Shown piece by piece: positions 1 through 12,665 of a stretch of DNA of 64,000 bases; the first letter of the stretch is position 1, and the number at the start of each line of letters is the position of its first letter. The notes beneath the pieces are model-generated. The model worked only from the letters and a program-made list of their open reading frames with translations. It did not search any database and was not told where the DNA came from. This DNA is from Trueperaceae bacterium (GTDB lineage: Bacteria > Deinococcota > Deinococci > Deinococcales > Trueperaceae). The stretch lies in the NCBI GenBank assembly GCA_034521815.1, contig JAXHLW010000012.1:32001-96000 (forward strand). Direction: 5' to 3'. The position numbers were made by a program, and so were the translations under genes.

Positions 1-35
1 GGGTCGCTCGCGGGCGTCGCCGCCGCCGGCTCGGA

Positions 36-800
36 TCAGGCCAGGTCGGCGAGGATCTCTGCCGGCACCTGAGGGAGCGTTTCGAAGCCGGGCCGAGCGA
101 AGTAGTACCCCTGGAACAGGTGCACGCCCATCTCTCGCAGGGCGCGAGCCTCGTCGCGGGTTTCGACGCCTTCGGCGATCACGTCGATGCCCAGCGCCTT
201 GCAGGTGCCGAGCAGCCCGCCGACGATCGCTCGCTTGGTGGGGTCGGTGTCGATGTCGCGAACGAGGTGCATGTCGAGCTTGACCAGGTCGGGCTGAAAG
301 TCGGCGAGCAGGCTCAGCCCGGCGTAGCCGGCACCGAAGTCGTCGATCGCGGTGGTGAAGCCTTGGCGCTTGTACGACTCGATGATCGTGCGCAGGTGGT
401 CGCTGTCCGCTACCTTCTCGACCTCGGTGACTTCGAAGACGATGTCGTCGATCGGGAAGCCGGTTCGGCGTGCCGCCGCCAATGTCGTCTGGATGCACCG
501 TTCGGGCTCATAGACGGCGTTGGGGAGGAAGTTGATGCTCAAGCGGTTTCCAAGACCGAGCGTGCTCGCGAGTTCGATGGCTCGAACTCGGCTGGTCTGA
601 TCGAACGCGTACGGCTGGTCTCGGTCGACGCGCTCGAACACCCAGCCCGACGGCTCGCCGCTGGGGCCTCGAGCGAGCGCTTCGTACGCGTATACGGACC
701 GGTCGGAGATGTCGACGATCGGCTGGAACGCCATGGAGAAGACGAACCCGAGGTCGGCACCGTCTTGGCATGCGGCGCATCGATCAGAGTCGGTCGTCAT
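36..800 (-). CDS. Stand-alone EAL-domain c-di-GMP phosphodiesterase
   Basis: FQPIVD, YEALAR, SINF, FEVTE, AIDDFGAGY, VKLD, IAEGVET and FQGYYFARP motifs; N-terminal CAAC. Confidence 0.9.
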   Translation of the reverse strand: MTTDSDRCAACQDGADLGFVFSMAFQPIVDISDRSVYAYEALARGPSGEPSGWVFERVDRDQPYAFDQTSRVRAIELASTLGLGNRLSINFLPNAVYEPERCIQTTLAAARRTGFPIDDIVFEVTEVEKVADSDHLRTIIESYKRQGFTTAIDDFGAGYAGLSLLADFQPDLVKLDMHLVRDIDTDPTKRAIVGGLLGTCKALGIDVIAEGVETRDEARALREMGVHLFQGYYFARPGFETLPQVPAEILADLA

Positions 801-967
801 GCTGCACCCTTCCGTGCGGAATGCGGCGGAGGCGTACGTTCCTTGGGGGACGGGGACGCTCGAGCCGACGCTCGTCGCGGCCTCGGTGCGATTGAAACGT
901 CGAATCCAGGACCCGTCCGCTCGAAGACAACGAGACTACCCACTTCGGCGGCGAAGTGTCATGCACG

Positions 968-2164
968 CTACACTCTCGCGTCGCCACCGGGCAGCGATGC
1001 GACCGCTGCGCTCAGGCGCTCCAACGCTTCGCGAACGGTCGCTCGCGGGCAGCCGACCGTCATGCGCGCGAACCCCGCTCCCTCGCGTCCGAACCAGTAG
1101 CCCTGCGCCAGCGCGACGCCGACGTCCCTGGCCAGGAAGCGCTCGAGCTCCTTGGCGTCCAGGGCGAGGCCTCGGAAATCCAGCCACAGGAGGAAGGTGC
1201 CCTCCGGCTCGATCATCGACACGCCCAGATCGTGCGACGCGAGGTGGCTGCTCACCAGCTCGACGTTGCCGCGAACGTAGGCGAGCACCTCGTCGAGCCA
1301 CGCGCCGCCGTCGCGGTACGCCGCCTCGGTCGCCGCCACCGCGAGCACGTTGGTCTTGGCGATGCGGAAGCGCCGCGCGAACGCTCGGAACGCCTCTCGG
1401 TGGGGAGCGTGCGGGATCACGACCAGGGCGTCGACCATGCCGGCGACGTTGAACGTCTTCGCAGGCGAGAGGCAGGCGGCCGCGTGCGTCGTCGCCTCGT
1501 CCGAGAGGGTCAGGTAGGGAACGTAGCGCTTCGGCGGGAACGCGAAGTCGCCGTGGATCTCGTCGGCGATGACGAAGACGCCGTGCCGCTCGCAGATCTC
1601 CGCGACGCGTTCGAGCTCCGGCCGCGTCCAGACGCGTCCGACCGGGTTGTGCGGATTGCACAGAATGAGCACCTTGGTCGTGGGCGCGGACGCCTTGGCT
1701 TCCAGGTCGACGAAGTCCATCTCGTAGCGACCGTCCACGAGGGTCAGCGGGTTCTTGACGAGGGTGCGCTTGGTGCCTCGAATGGCGGCCTTGAAGTCGA
1801 AGAACACCGGCGGCTGGACCACCACGCCGTCCCCTTCGTTCGAGTGCTGCTCGATCAGGATCGAGATGGCGCTCAGGATCGATGGGCAGGCGAGCACATC
1901 GCGACGATCCAAGCCCCAGGCGTGGCGTCTTCGGTACCAGTCCTCGATCGCCCCGAAGTAGCTTTCCGGCTTGGTTCCGTAGCCGTAGATGCCGTGTGCG
2001 ACGCGCTGCGTCAAGCTCTGGACGACGGCGGGGGGCGAGCGCAGATCCATGTCGGCGATCGACATCGGGATCGCGTCCTGGTTGCCGAAGTGCTCGGAGA
2101 GGTAGGAACGACTCCACTTCAGCGTCGGAACGTCGTTGCGGTCGATCGGTTCGCCTACGTCCAT
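968..2164 (-). CDS. MalY/PatB family PLP-dependent C-S lyase (cystathionine beta-lyase-like)
   Basis: IADMD, GIYGY, LCNPHNPVG, ADEIH, SPAKTFNVAG and EGTFLLWLD motifs; alternative start at 2191. Confidence 0.88.
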   Translation of the reverse strand: MDVGEPIDRNDVPTLKWSRSYLSEHFGNQDAIPMSIADMDLRSPPAVVQSLTQRVAHGIYGYGTKPESYFGAIEDWYRRRHAWGLDRRDVLACPSILSAISILIEQHSNEGDGVVVQPPVFFDFKAAIRGTKRTLVKNPLTLVDGRYEMDFVDLEAKASAPTTKVLILCNPHNPVGRVWTRPELERVAEICERHGVFVIADEIHGDFAFPPKRYVPYLTLSDEATTHAAACLSPAKTFNVAGMVDALVVIPHAPHREAFRAFARRFRIAKTNVLAVAATEAAYRDGGAWLDEVLAYVRGNVELVSSHLASHDLGVSMIEPEGTFLLWLDFRGLALDAKELERFLARDVGVALAQGYWFGREGAGFARMTVGCPRATVREALERLSAAVASLPGGDARV

Positions 2165-2288
2165 GAGCTGGCCGTTCGACGTCCCGCCCAAGGTGGAGCG
2201 GACCGGCCGGGGACGCGAGGTGACAGGGTGTCGGGGAACGCCGGGGGACGCATGGCCGCACTGTACGGGATCGTGCAGATGCTACGCG

Positions 2289-2601
2289 ATGAAAGACGCT
2301 GTCCGACCCGAGCAGACGGCGGCTCCTGGACCTGCTCCGCGAGCGCGACGGGCGCTCGCTGGCCGAGCTGTCCGCCCGCTTCCCGGTCTCTCCCCAGGCC
2401 GTCCCCGGCGACCCGGCCGACCTCGATACCAGCCGCGTGACCTTCACGATCACCCTAGAGGGCGACGTCTGCCAGCTGCGCCTCGTGCACGACGAGATGG
2501 ACGCGCGCGACACGGCCGAAGGCTACGCCGCGGGCTGGGCGCGGATCCTGAGCGGCCTCAAGACCTGGCTGGAGACCGGGCGCCCGCTCGTCGCCGCGTA
2601 G
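2289..2601 (+). pseudogene. Internally deleted ArsR-HTH/SRPBCC fusion gene remnant
   Basis: Frame 1 reads KTLSDPSRRRLLDLLRERDGRSLAELSARFPVSPQAV (ArsR N-terminus), joined via PGDPADLDT to SRVTFTITLEGDVCQLRLVHDE...GWARILSGLKTWLETG (SRPBCC C-terminus). ATG 2289 is out of frame by one A. Confidence 0.7.
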
Positions 2602-2626
2602 CCGCGACGACGGGGCACGCCGGGCG

Positions 2627-3634
2627 TCAACCGCGCAGATGCCGCGTGAGCTGCGACAGGTCGGTGGTCGAGGCGCGGTCCCGGACCTCGCCCTGGTAGC
2701 GGTCGAACAGCGCCTTGCCCCGCTCGAGCTCGCGCGCGAACACGCTCCGTAGCTGGTCCTGGTCCAGTCGCCGTCCCTCGCCGTAGTACGCGTCGGCGAC
2801 CTTGCCGATGGCGTAGGTGGTCGCGAAGGTCGTCAGCGCGCCGGTCGCCGCCCGGCCGAGCTTGCCTGCGGTCTTGCCGGCCAGCTTGCGGACCGTGCCG
2901 CCGAAGAGCTTGCGTGCGTAGCCCTCGAGCACCTGCGAGGTGAGGCCCACGCCGGCGATGGCCAGCAGCTCGCGGACGCTTCCCTGGTCGAGCGCGTAGC
3001 CGTGGGCGCGGCCGATCTCGTGCACCAGCTTCATCTGCACCGGCACGATCGCCATGGTGGCCAGCGACTGCGGCAGCAGCTCGAGCCCGCCCGCCAGGAT
3101 GGCGCGGTTCAGGATGGTGCGGTCCAGGTCGGGCGCGCCCTGCGGGCCGGTCGTGCTCGCGGCCGCGGCGCGGTCGCCTGGCGCGGGGTCCGCGGCGGAG
3201 CCGCTGGCCGGCGCGGGCACCGGCACGAGCGGGGCGGTGCCGGCGTGAGGCGCGTCCGCGAGCGCCTCCGCCCGCTCACGCACCGCGTCGCGATCGGGGT
3301 CCGCCAGGCGAAGGGCGCGCGCCAGCCGGTCGAGGAACGCACGCTCGGCCGCGGTGGTGTGGCCGTCGGCGTCGCACACGCCGACCGCCATCTCGTAGGC
3401 GTAGTCGGGCAGGCCCGGCGTCATCAGCGCGGCGGCCGCCTCGTCCAGATCGACGCGACGTAGCAGTACGTCCTGGTACAGGCGGGCGGTATCCACCCCG
3501 CCGAGGGCCTCGAACACCTCGGCCAGGCGGCTGCGCTCGTCGTCGCGAAGGCCGTCCGCCTGGGCCGCCATCAGGCACAGGGCAGCGACGGCGTCGCGCT
3601 CGCGGTCGGTCATCAGGGTGTCGGTGCGGTCCAT
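2627..3634 (-). CDS. TerB-like N-terminal plus DUF697/YcjF-like C-terminal protein
   Basis: LMAAQADG...AYEMAVGVCDADG..ERAFL (TerB fold); ELLPQSLATMAIVPVQMKLVHEIG..YG and TYAIGKVA (DUF697). Confidence 0.7.
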   Translation of the reverse strand: MDRTDTLMTDRERDAVAALCLMAAQADGLRDDERSRLAEVFEALGGVDTARLYQDVLLRRVDLDEAAAALMTPGLPDYAYEMAVGVCDADGHTTAAERAFLDRLARALRLADPDRDAVRERAEALADAPHAGTAPLVPVPAPASGSAADPAPGDRAAAASTTGPQGAPDLDRTILNRAILAGGLELLPQSLATMAIVPVQMKLVHEIGRAHGYALDQGSVRELLAIAGVGLTSQVLEGYARKLFGGTVRKLAGKTAGKLGRAATGALTTFATTYAIGKVADAYYGEGRRLDQDQLRSVFARELERGKALFDRYQGEVRDRASTTDLSQLTRHLRG

Positions 3635-3739
3635 GCCTCAGCATGACCCGCGTGGGCGATGACGATGGCAGCCGAAGCGTCGGTTCGCACTTCGAGGCGA
3701 TGGTGGCTACCTCGGACCAGGCTCACGAGCGAAGAGAAC

Positions 3740-3768
3740 GCCGTGGCGGCACGGGTCGCCGCCACGGC
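3740..3768. terminator. GC hairpin downstream of the rhodopsin gene
   Basis: gccgtggcggc-N7-gccgccacggc, no U-tract. Confidence 0.4.
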
Positions 3769-3792
3769 ACGTCGCATCGATCGGGCGCGTCC

Positions 3793-4578
3793 TCAGGCCG
3801 TCGCGGCGGCCCCGCTCTCGACCGGGTCGTCACCGTCCGCGATCGTCTTCTCGCGGGCGATGGCGTAGATGAGCAGGCCGAATCCGGCCTTGGCCAGCAC
3901 GTCGGCGACCGTGTAGCCCAGCTGGATCGCGACGAGGGCGGAGGCGCCTTCGAACCCGAAGAACGGCGCCATGTAGGCGATCGGGTAGACGCCCCACGTG
4001 CCCAGCAGCAGCAGGCGCAGGTTCCTCACCAGGATGCGGACCTTGGGCGGCTGACGGTCCAGCGCCGTGCCCAGCTCGCCCCACAGCACCCAGAGGATGT
4101 ACACGAACGGCACGCTGCTGAGGAAGCCCCAGACGAAGCGCATGGTGCCGTCGTCGGTGATCTCGCCGGGGTAGCCGAGCGCGATCATCAATACGGCGGC
4201 GACCGAGAGACGGGCGATCATCGAGCCGGCCTTGGCTCGCGTCAACGCCAGGACCGCCACCACTTCGACCAGCAACAGCGGGACCGTCAGGAGCCAGTCG
4301 ATGTAGCGGTACGCGTCGTTGAACAGCTGGCCGCTGGGGGCGTAGCCGCCGTCGCCCAGGACGAAGGCGCCGGACCACGACTCGAACATGCGCAGGTAGT
4401 GGTACGCCGCGATGGCGACGACGACCGCCGAGATCAACAGGGCGGGGCGGTACTTGACGCCCACCTGGCTGCGCGCGGCCAGGAAGAAGATGAAGCCTGC
4501 GCCCATGGCGGCGACACCGAACGAGAGAGCGTTGTAGACCAGCTGGTACTGGCCGATGGACAGGAAAGGTAGTTCCAC
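3793..4578 (-). CDS. Xanthorhodopsin/Gloeobacter-rhodopsin-like light-driven H+ pump
   Basis: RYIDWLLTVPLLLVE (DTE motif), AAYHY His, LGYPGE, WGVYPIAY, DVLAK retinal Lys; RBS AAGAGGAGG precedes GTG 4578 (ATG 4584 possible). Confidence 0.95.
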   Translation of the reverse strand: MELPFLSIGQYQLVYNALSFGVAAMGAGFIFFLAARSQVGVKYRPALLISAVVVAIAAYHYLRMFESWSGAFVLGDGGYAPSGQLFNDAYRYIDWLLTVPLLLVEVVAVLALTRAKAGSMIARLSVAAVLMIALGYPGEITDDGTMRFVWGFLSSVPFVYILWVLWGELGTALDRQPPKVRILVRNLRLLLLGTWGVYPIAYMAPFFGFEGASALVAIQLGYTVADVLAKAGFGLLIYAIAREKTIADGDDPVESGAAATA

Positions 4579-4824
4579 GATCATCCTCCTCTTGGGTCTC
4601 GCCACGGCGCGGAACGACGTCGCGATGCCTCTTACGGCGCAGCATGGAGGCTTCCGCGGATCCAAACCGCGCCCGCGCCCGCAATCCCGGACCGAGGTTC
4701 GTGGGACAGGCCACCAAGAGGCCGGAAGAGCGTCACCGACGCTACACATCGTTCAAGGTCGCACCCCGGAATGGGCGAGATCGCCTACGGTCCGATGGAG
4801 TCTGGGCGCTGAACTTGCGAACGT

Positions 4825-5865
4825 ATGCGAGCGCGACGCCGTCCTCACCAGTGTGAACGTAGCGTCACCGCGACGGCCGAGGCCCGCCTGGCTCCGATGC
4901 TGCTGATCGCGGCGTGGGGCACCGTCTTCGTCGCGGTCACGGCAAAGGCCGCGGCGCCGTGGCTCGTGGACCGCTACGTGATGTGGCCGCTGCTGGTCGG
5001 GATCGTCGTTCTCGGGCTTCCCCACGGCGCTCTGGACGACCTGATCCCTGCCCGGATCGGCTTCGCGTGGGGGTGCCGGACCGCGCCCGTCGCGCTGTTC
5101 CTCGCGGCGTACGCAGGCTTGGTGGCCGCCTACCTCGGCGTTCGGCTCCTCGTGCCGGCGTGGGCGTTCGCGGGGTTCCTGCTGGCGACGATCTGGCACT
5201 GGGGACAGGGGGACCAACGGTTCCTCGAGATCTTCCTGGGCGCAGGCCGACGGCCAGGCGTCGCCGCCCTCGTGACGGTCCTGACGCGCGGATCCATGCC
5301 GATCCTGGTGCCGATCGCGGCCTTTCCCGCAGCCGCCCAGGATCTGTTCGTCCGCGCGACGTCCGGCCTCGGCCTCGAGGTCGCGGCGCTGGACCTGGGT
5401 GCGCCGTGGCTGCGCGTGCTGATCCTGGCCGTGCTCGCAGGCTTGTCGGTCAGCTACCTGCTGGTCGCGATCGACGCGGCCGCCACGCGCGTAGGCCTGC
5501 TGGTGGACGTGACCGAGGTCGCCCTGCTGGCCGGCTTCTTCGCCTTCGTGCCCGCGAACGCCGCGATCGGAATCTACTTCGTCGCCTGGCACTCGCTGCG
5601 CCACCTCGCGAGGCTGGCGTTGCTCAGGCGACCCGATGCCGAGGCGATCGGGCGAGGCGACCTCGTGGGACCCGTCCGGCGCCTGGCCGTGGACTTGATC
5701 CCCGTCACCGCTGCAGCGCTGGCGCTGCTGGCGTCGCTTACGATGTGGTCGCAGGCGAACCTGCAGACCGTCGACGACTTCGTCGCGGTGTACCTCGTCC
5801 TGATCAGCGCCCTCACCGTGCCGCACATGATCGTCGTCGCGATGATGGACGTCCGTCCCGCCTAG
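4825..5865 (+). CDS. blh: Brp/Blh family beta-carotene 15,15'-dioxygenase
   Basis: Four conserved His motifs GLPHGALD, HWGQGD, WHSLRH, LTVPH; multi-TM; divergent from rhodopsin; start may be 4897. Confidence 0.92.
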   Translation: MRARRRPHQCERSVTATAEARLAPMLLIAAWGTVFVAVTAKAAAPWLVDRYVMWPLLVGIVVLGLPHGALDDLIPARIGFAWGCRTAPVALFLAAYAGLVAAYLGVRLLVPAWAFAGFLLATIWHWGQGDQRFLEIFLGAGRRPGVAALVTVLTRGSMPILVPIAAFPAAAQDLFVRATSGLGLEVAALDLGAPWLRVLILAVLAGLSVSYLLVAIDAAATRVGLLVDVTEVALLAGFFAFVPANAAIGIYFVAWHSLRHLARLALLRRPDAEAIGRGDLVGPVRRLAVDLIPVTAAALALLASLTMWSQANLQTVDDFVAVYLVLISALTVPHMIVVAMMDVRPA

Positions 5866-5951
5866 ACGCTCTGCCGTTAGGGAATCTCGTGGCTCAGTCG
5901 GTAAGGGCCGCTGGACGCCTCGAGCCGGTGCGATCGTGCTACAACGTGCAC

Positions 5952-6401
5952 ATGTGCGCACGCAAGAGATCCGAAAGCTCGACCGCTCCGCGCGGCATTC
6001 GGTTGCCGACCGAACTCGCGCAGGCCATCCAGCACGAAGCGGACGCTCGAAACCGCTCCTGGTCGGCGATGACCGGCGAGCTTCTGGAAGAGGCGATCCG
6101 CATGCGCCGTGCGCCCGGCGTCGCGTTCGTCGACGGCGCCACGGGCCGGCGCGCCGTCGTCGCCGGCACCGGACTCGACGTCTGGGAGGTCGTCGCTACC
6201 TGGCGCAACGTCGAAGGGGACATCGGCCGGCTCGAGCGGAGCTATCCGTGGCTCTCGGAGATGCAGCTGCGCTCGGCGATCGGGTACTACCGGCTGTACC
6301 CGGACGAGATCGACGCGCGACTCGAACGCGAGGACGCCTGGACGCCGGAACGCGTGCGTCAGGAGCTCCCGTACGTGACGCCCACCGATCCGACCCGTTG
6401 A
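5952..6401 (+). CDS. RHH-like plus DUF433 antitoxin
   Basis: GIRLPTELAQAIQHEA (ribbon-helix-helix-like), then GRRAVVAGTGLDVWEVV...YPWLSEMQLRSAIGYY..YPDEID (DUF433). Confidence 0.8.
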   Translation: MCARKRSESSTAPRGIRLPTELAQAIQHEADARNRSWSAMTGELLEEAIRMRRAPGVAFVDGATGRRAVVAGTGLDVWEVVATWRNVEGDIGRLERSYPWLSEMQLRSAIGYYRLYPDEIDARLEREDAWTPERVRQELPYVTPTDPTR

Positions 6402-6417
6402 CGCCGGAGCGGACTGC

Positions 6418-6765
6418 ATGCGTTTCCTACTCGACGAGGACCTGCCGCCCAAAACGGCGGACGTCGGGCGTGGACTGGGGCTCGACGTGGTGAGCGTCCA
6501 CGAGCTCGCACGGACGGGTCTCAGCGACGAACACCAACTCGCGTTCGCCGCCTCCGAGCGGCGGATCCTGGTGACCTGCAACCGCGACGACTTCGTCGCC
6601 CTCACGCGCAGCTTCTACGCCACGGGCAGGCCACACGCCGGCATCGTGATGGTGTCGCGGGCGTGCCCGAACCATCGTCCCGCGACCATCGCACACGCCC
6701 TGGCGGCCTGGCGCGAGCGATACGCGCCCAACGGACCGGGGTCGGGCTTCCTCGACTTCTTGTGA
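6418..6765 (+). CDS. DUF5615 PIN-like toxin
   Basis: [32 protein letters not shown]; directly downstream of the DUF433 gene. Confidence 0.85.
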   Translation: MRFLLDEDLPPKTADVGRGLGLDVVSVHELARTGLSDEHQLAFAASERRILVTCNRDDFVALTRSFYATGRPHAGIVMVSRACPNHRPATIAHALAAWRERYAPNGPGSGFLDFL

Positions 6766-6780
6766 CGTCGGCTTCAGAGC

Positions 6781-6818
6781 GTCGCGGCGCCCGAACGCTA
6801 AGGTCCGGGCGCCGCGAC
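6781..6818. terminator. Hairpin between convergent PIN toxin and katG
   Basis: gtcgcggcgcccg ... cgggcgccgcgac 13-bp stem. Confidence 0.5.
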
Positions 6819-6859
6819 ACGATCCACCCGCCTCCGCGGGCGGCGTTGCGCGTTCCCTC

Positions 6860-9813
<2,954 letters not shown>

Positions 9814-9829
9814 GCCGAAGCTTCGCCGG

Positions 9830-11765
9830 TCAGCGGCGACACGTCGATTCCAGGGGCCTCGCGAGGCCCCTGGAATCGACGTGTCGCTTCGCTAACGGGC
9901 GCCCGAGCGCCCCTTGACCCCCGTCTCCGCCCAAGTCGACGACGCGCTTGATCGCCCAGCGCCCAACGATGGCATCGCCGCGAAGGTCGGGGCTGACGGA
10001 TCCATGGCCCCAGAAGTGATCGTTGATGCTGGACGCTCCCGAGCCGTACACGCCCACGACGCGGGCTGCGACGCCGGTGGGCTGAGTGTCGTCGGAGGCC
10101 TTCATCCACGCCGAGCGCACCCGCATGTCGTGGTCGACGAGATTACTGGCGAACTCGCGCGAGAAGTTGTCGCGGACGTAGGCGTTCGTGTGGAAGCCCA
10201 GGATCATGTGCAGTCCGTCGAACTCGTCTCGCCAGCGGTCGAAGTAGCTCAGGCCGCTCCAGTCGTCCCGCAGCACCTGGCACGAGTAGAGCGCAAGCCA
10301 CTCGAGATCGCCATCGCCCCAATCGCCGTCGGCGTCGGTGTGGGTGAGCGTGCCGTCGTCGTGCGAGCTGTCTTCGAACGTGAAGCCTCCCCGTAGCCGT
10401 GACCGACGTAGAAGGTGATGTCCGTGTTGTCGATGTACGCCGAGTCGCCGGGTGCCTTGAAATCCTGTTCCCAGGCGTTCGTGCCGGTCCAGCTGAAGCG
10501 TCGGGTGACGCCGTCCGCACTCATCTCGTCGCGGAAGCCCTGCTCGAGCGCACCGAACTCGTTCGTCACGGCGTTCTCGGTGCCGAAGTCTCGCACGCCC
10601 CCGACCTGCGGCCACAGGCCCGCACCGACGACCTGCGCGTCGACGTCGAACGTCTGGCGGGCTTGCACCTCGATGCCGTTGGCGTCGGTGACGGTCGCGA
10701 CGAGCGTGTCCTGCGTCGCCTCGGCACGGCTGGTGACGGTGTAGAGCGCCGACGTGCTCGTCGCTCCGTCAGCCTCCGCGAGATCGACGTGGGTGGAGCT
10801 CCACGAGACCGTGTAGGCGCGCGACCGCCGTCGATGCGCACGTCGGCGCGTACGTCGGCACCCTCGACCAGCACGTCGAGCTCCGCATTCGGAACGTAGT
10901 TGGCGTCCTCGACCGCGGGGAGCAGCTGCTGGAGCAGCGCGACCTGCTCCCCGTCCACCGTCGCCGTCCCGCTGCACTCCACGTGCGGCAGGAGGATCGC
11001 GACCGAGCCGAGCTCTAGCGGTGGCGCGTAGTAGACCATCCGGGTCGAGACGTTCACCTCTCCGAGCGTGCGTCCGAGCGCGTCGCTGCAGCGGCTCATC
11101 GCCTCGTCGTCCGACAGGACGGCGACGTCCTCGCCCGTCTCGACGCCACGGAACGCGTACCGGAGCGAGGTCGCGCCGTCGCCATCGAACGTCGCGTAGA
11201 CCGTCGCTCCCGGCCCCAGGAGCGGGAGCCGATCGTCGGTCAGGGTGAAGTCGTACGCGACCCTCGCGTCGAGCACGACGGAGCTCGAGGCGGTCGCCCC
11301 GCTCGCCTGCCACTCGAACACCGTCTCCTGGGTGACCTGCGTGGATCCGCCCTGCGGGAACAGCTCGGTCAGGCCGGCGGCGTCGAGGGCGCTGCCGAGC
11401 TGCCTGGCGGCCTCGTCCGTTGTCGGTATCTGCAGCGCATCGAGCGCCCCGAAGTCGATCGCCTCGTACGTGACGACGCCGCCTTCCTCCTCGTCGAAGC
11501 TCGACCCCACCTCGGTCGCACCGGTGGGGACGTAGGCGAACCGCTCAGGGGCGAAGAAGTCGACGATGGCGTTTTCGAACGTGACCGCCTCTCCCAGGCT
11601 CAGCTCGGATGCGAGCGCTGTGACCTGACTGGCGCTGGGACCCGTGCGGACGACCTCGTAGACCGGTAGGCGCTGTTCACCGTCGGCCGACTCCGTGGGT
11701 GTGCATCCCGCGACGACGACGAGTACGGACACGAGCATTCCGAAGTAGCGTGCGTGACGTTTCAT
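9830..11765 (-). CDS. Lipoprotein with C-terminal DUF6345-like domain (frameshifts near 10820 and 10390; true stop uncertain)
   Basis: Signal MKRHARYFGMLVSVLVVVAGC; DITFYVGHG, WGDGDLEWLALYSCQVL, FDGLHMILGF; three consecutive reading-frame pieces; RBS GGAGG. Confidence 0.72.
9836..9887. repeat. Perfect 52-bp palindrome with no spacer
   Basis: gcgacacgtcgattccaggggcctcg|cgaggcccctggaatcgacgtgtcgc. Confidence 0.95.
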
Positions 11766-12025
11766 GGACACCTCCGTGCGGCCCGACCCAAGGTAGGTGG
11801 CCGGTCCGCGACTCGGCTGGCGTGTCGTGCATGGTCGTCCGCGCGCGAGGCCTGCGTCCGGCGCGTCGGGCGATGCTGCCGTGGCTTTCGCCCCCTCTCT
11901 GCGCACGGTAGGCACGCGTCAGTCTATGGGCTGTACATTTTTCGGCATGTGCATCCGTGGGCCAGGCGACGGCGGGCCGGTGCGGCCCAGGCCGAAGACG
12001 AAGAGGGACCGCTACGCCACGTTGG

Positions 12026-12665
12026 CTAGGCTGCGTCGCCCCAAGCCTGCGTGAGCGCTCGCTCGAACACGTCGACCTCCTGCGCCCCAGACACCGCGAA
12101 AGCGCGGTCCAGGACGAAGAAGGGGACGCTCTGGATCCCGAACGCTCGGGCCTGGTCCTGATCCTCGCGGACCGAGGTGGCGTACGCCTCGCCCTCTAGC
12201 GCGGCCCGGACCTCGCCCTCGGCCAAGCCCAGCTCGGTAGCGAGGTCGATCAGCGTGTCGGGCTCGCCGATCGCGCGGCCTTGGGTCCAGTACGCCCGCA
12301 ACAGGCGCTCGTTCGCTTCGGTTCGCAGGCCGTGGTCGGCGGCCAGGTGGATCAGGCGATGCGCGTCGAAGGTGTTGCCCGGCTTGGCGAGGTCCAGGCG
12401 CACCTCGAGCCCTTCGCCCTCCGACATGGCGACGACGTTCGCGGTCATCTGGCGTGCCTGCTCGAGCGACACGCCGTACTTGGCGGCCAGCTGCTCGTCC
12501 ATCGTTCCGGGCGTGCGCCGTGGCGCAGCGGGATCGAGCTGGAAGGCGCGCCAGACGACCTCGACCTCGTCCGCGTGCGGGAACGCCGCCAGCGCACGCG
12601 TCGAAGCGGCGCTTTCCGACGTAGCAGAACGGGCAGACGATGTCGGACCAGATCTCGACCTTCAT
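12026..12665 (-). CDS. DsbA-family/FrnE-like thiol oxidoreductase (frameshift near 12598)
   Basis: MKVEIWSDIVCPFCYVGKRR, FQLDP, NTFDAHRL, GIQSVPFF, VSGAQ; ATGA overlap with the upstream gene. Confidence 0.88.

Noticed and set aside
3793-4578. Na+-pumping rhodopsin to match the Na+ ATPase
   Set aside because: The motif is DTE, not NDQ
4585-4890. CarH/LitR light-responsive operator between rhodopsin and blh
   Set aside because: Only weak partial matches (TACACA, TGAAC) and no convincing 11-bp direct-repeat series
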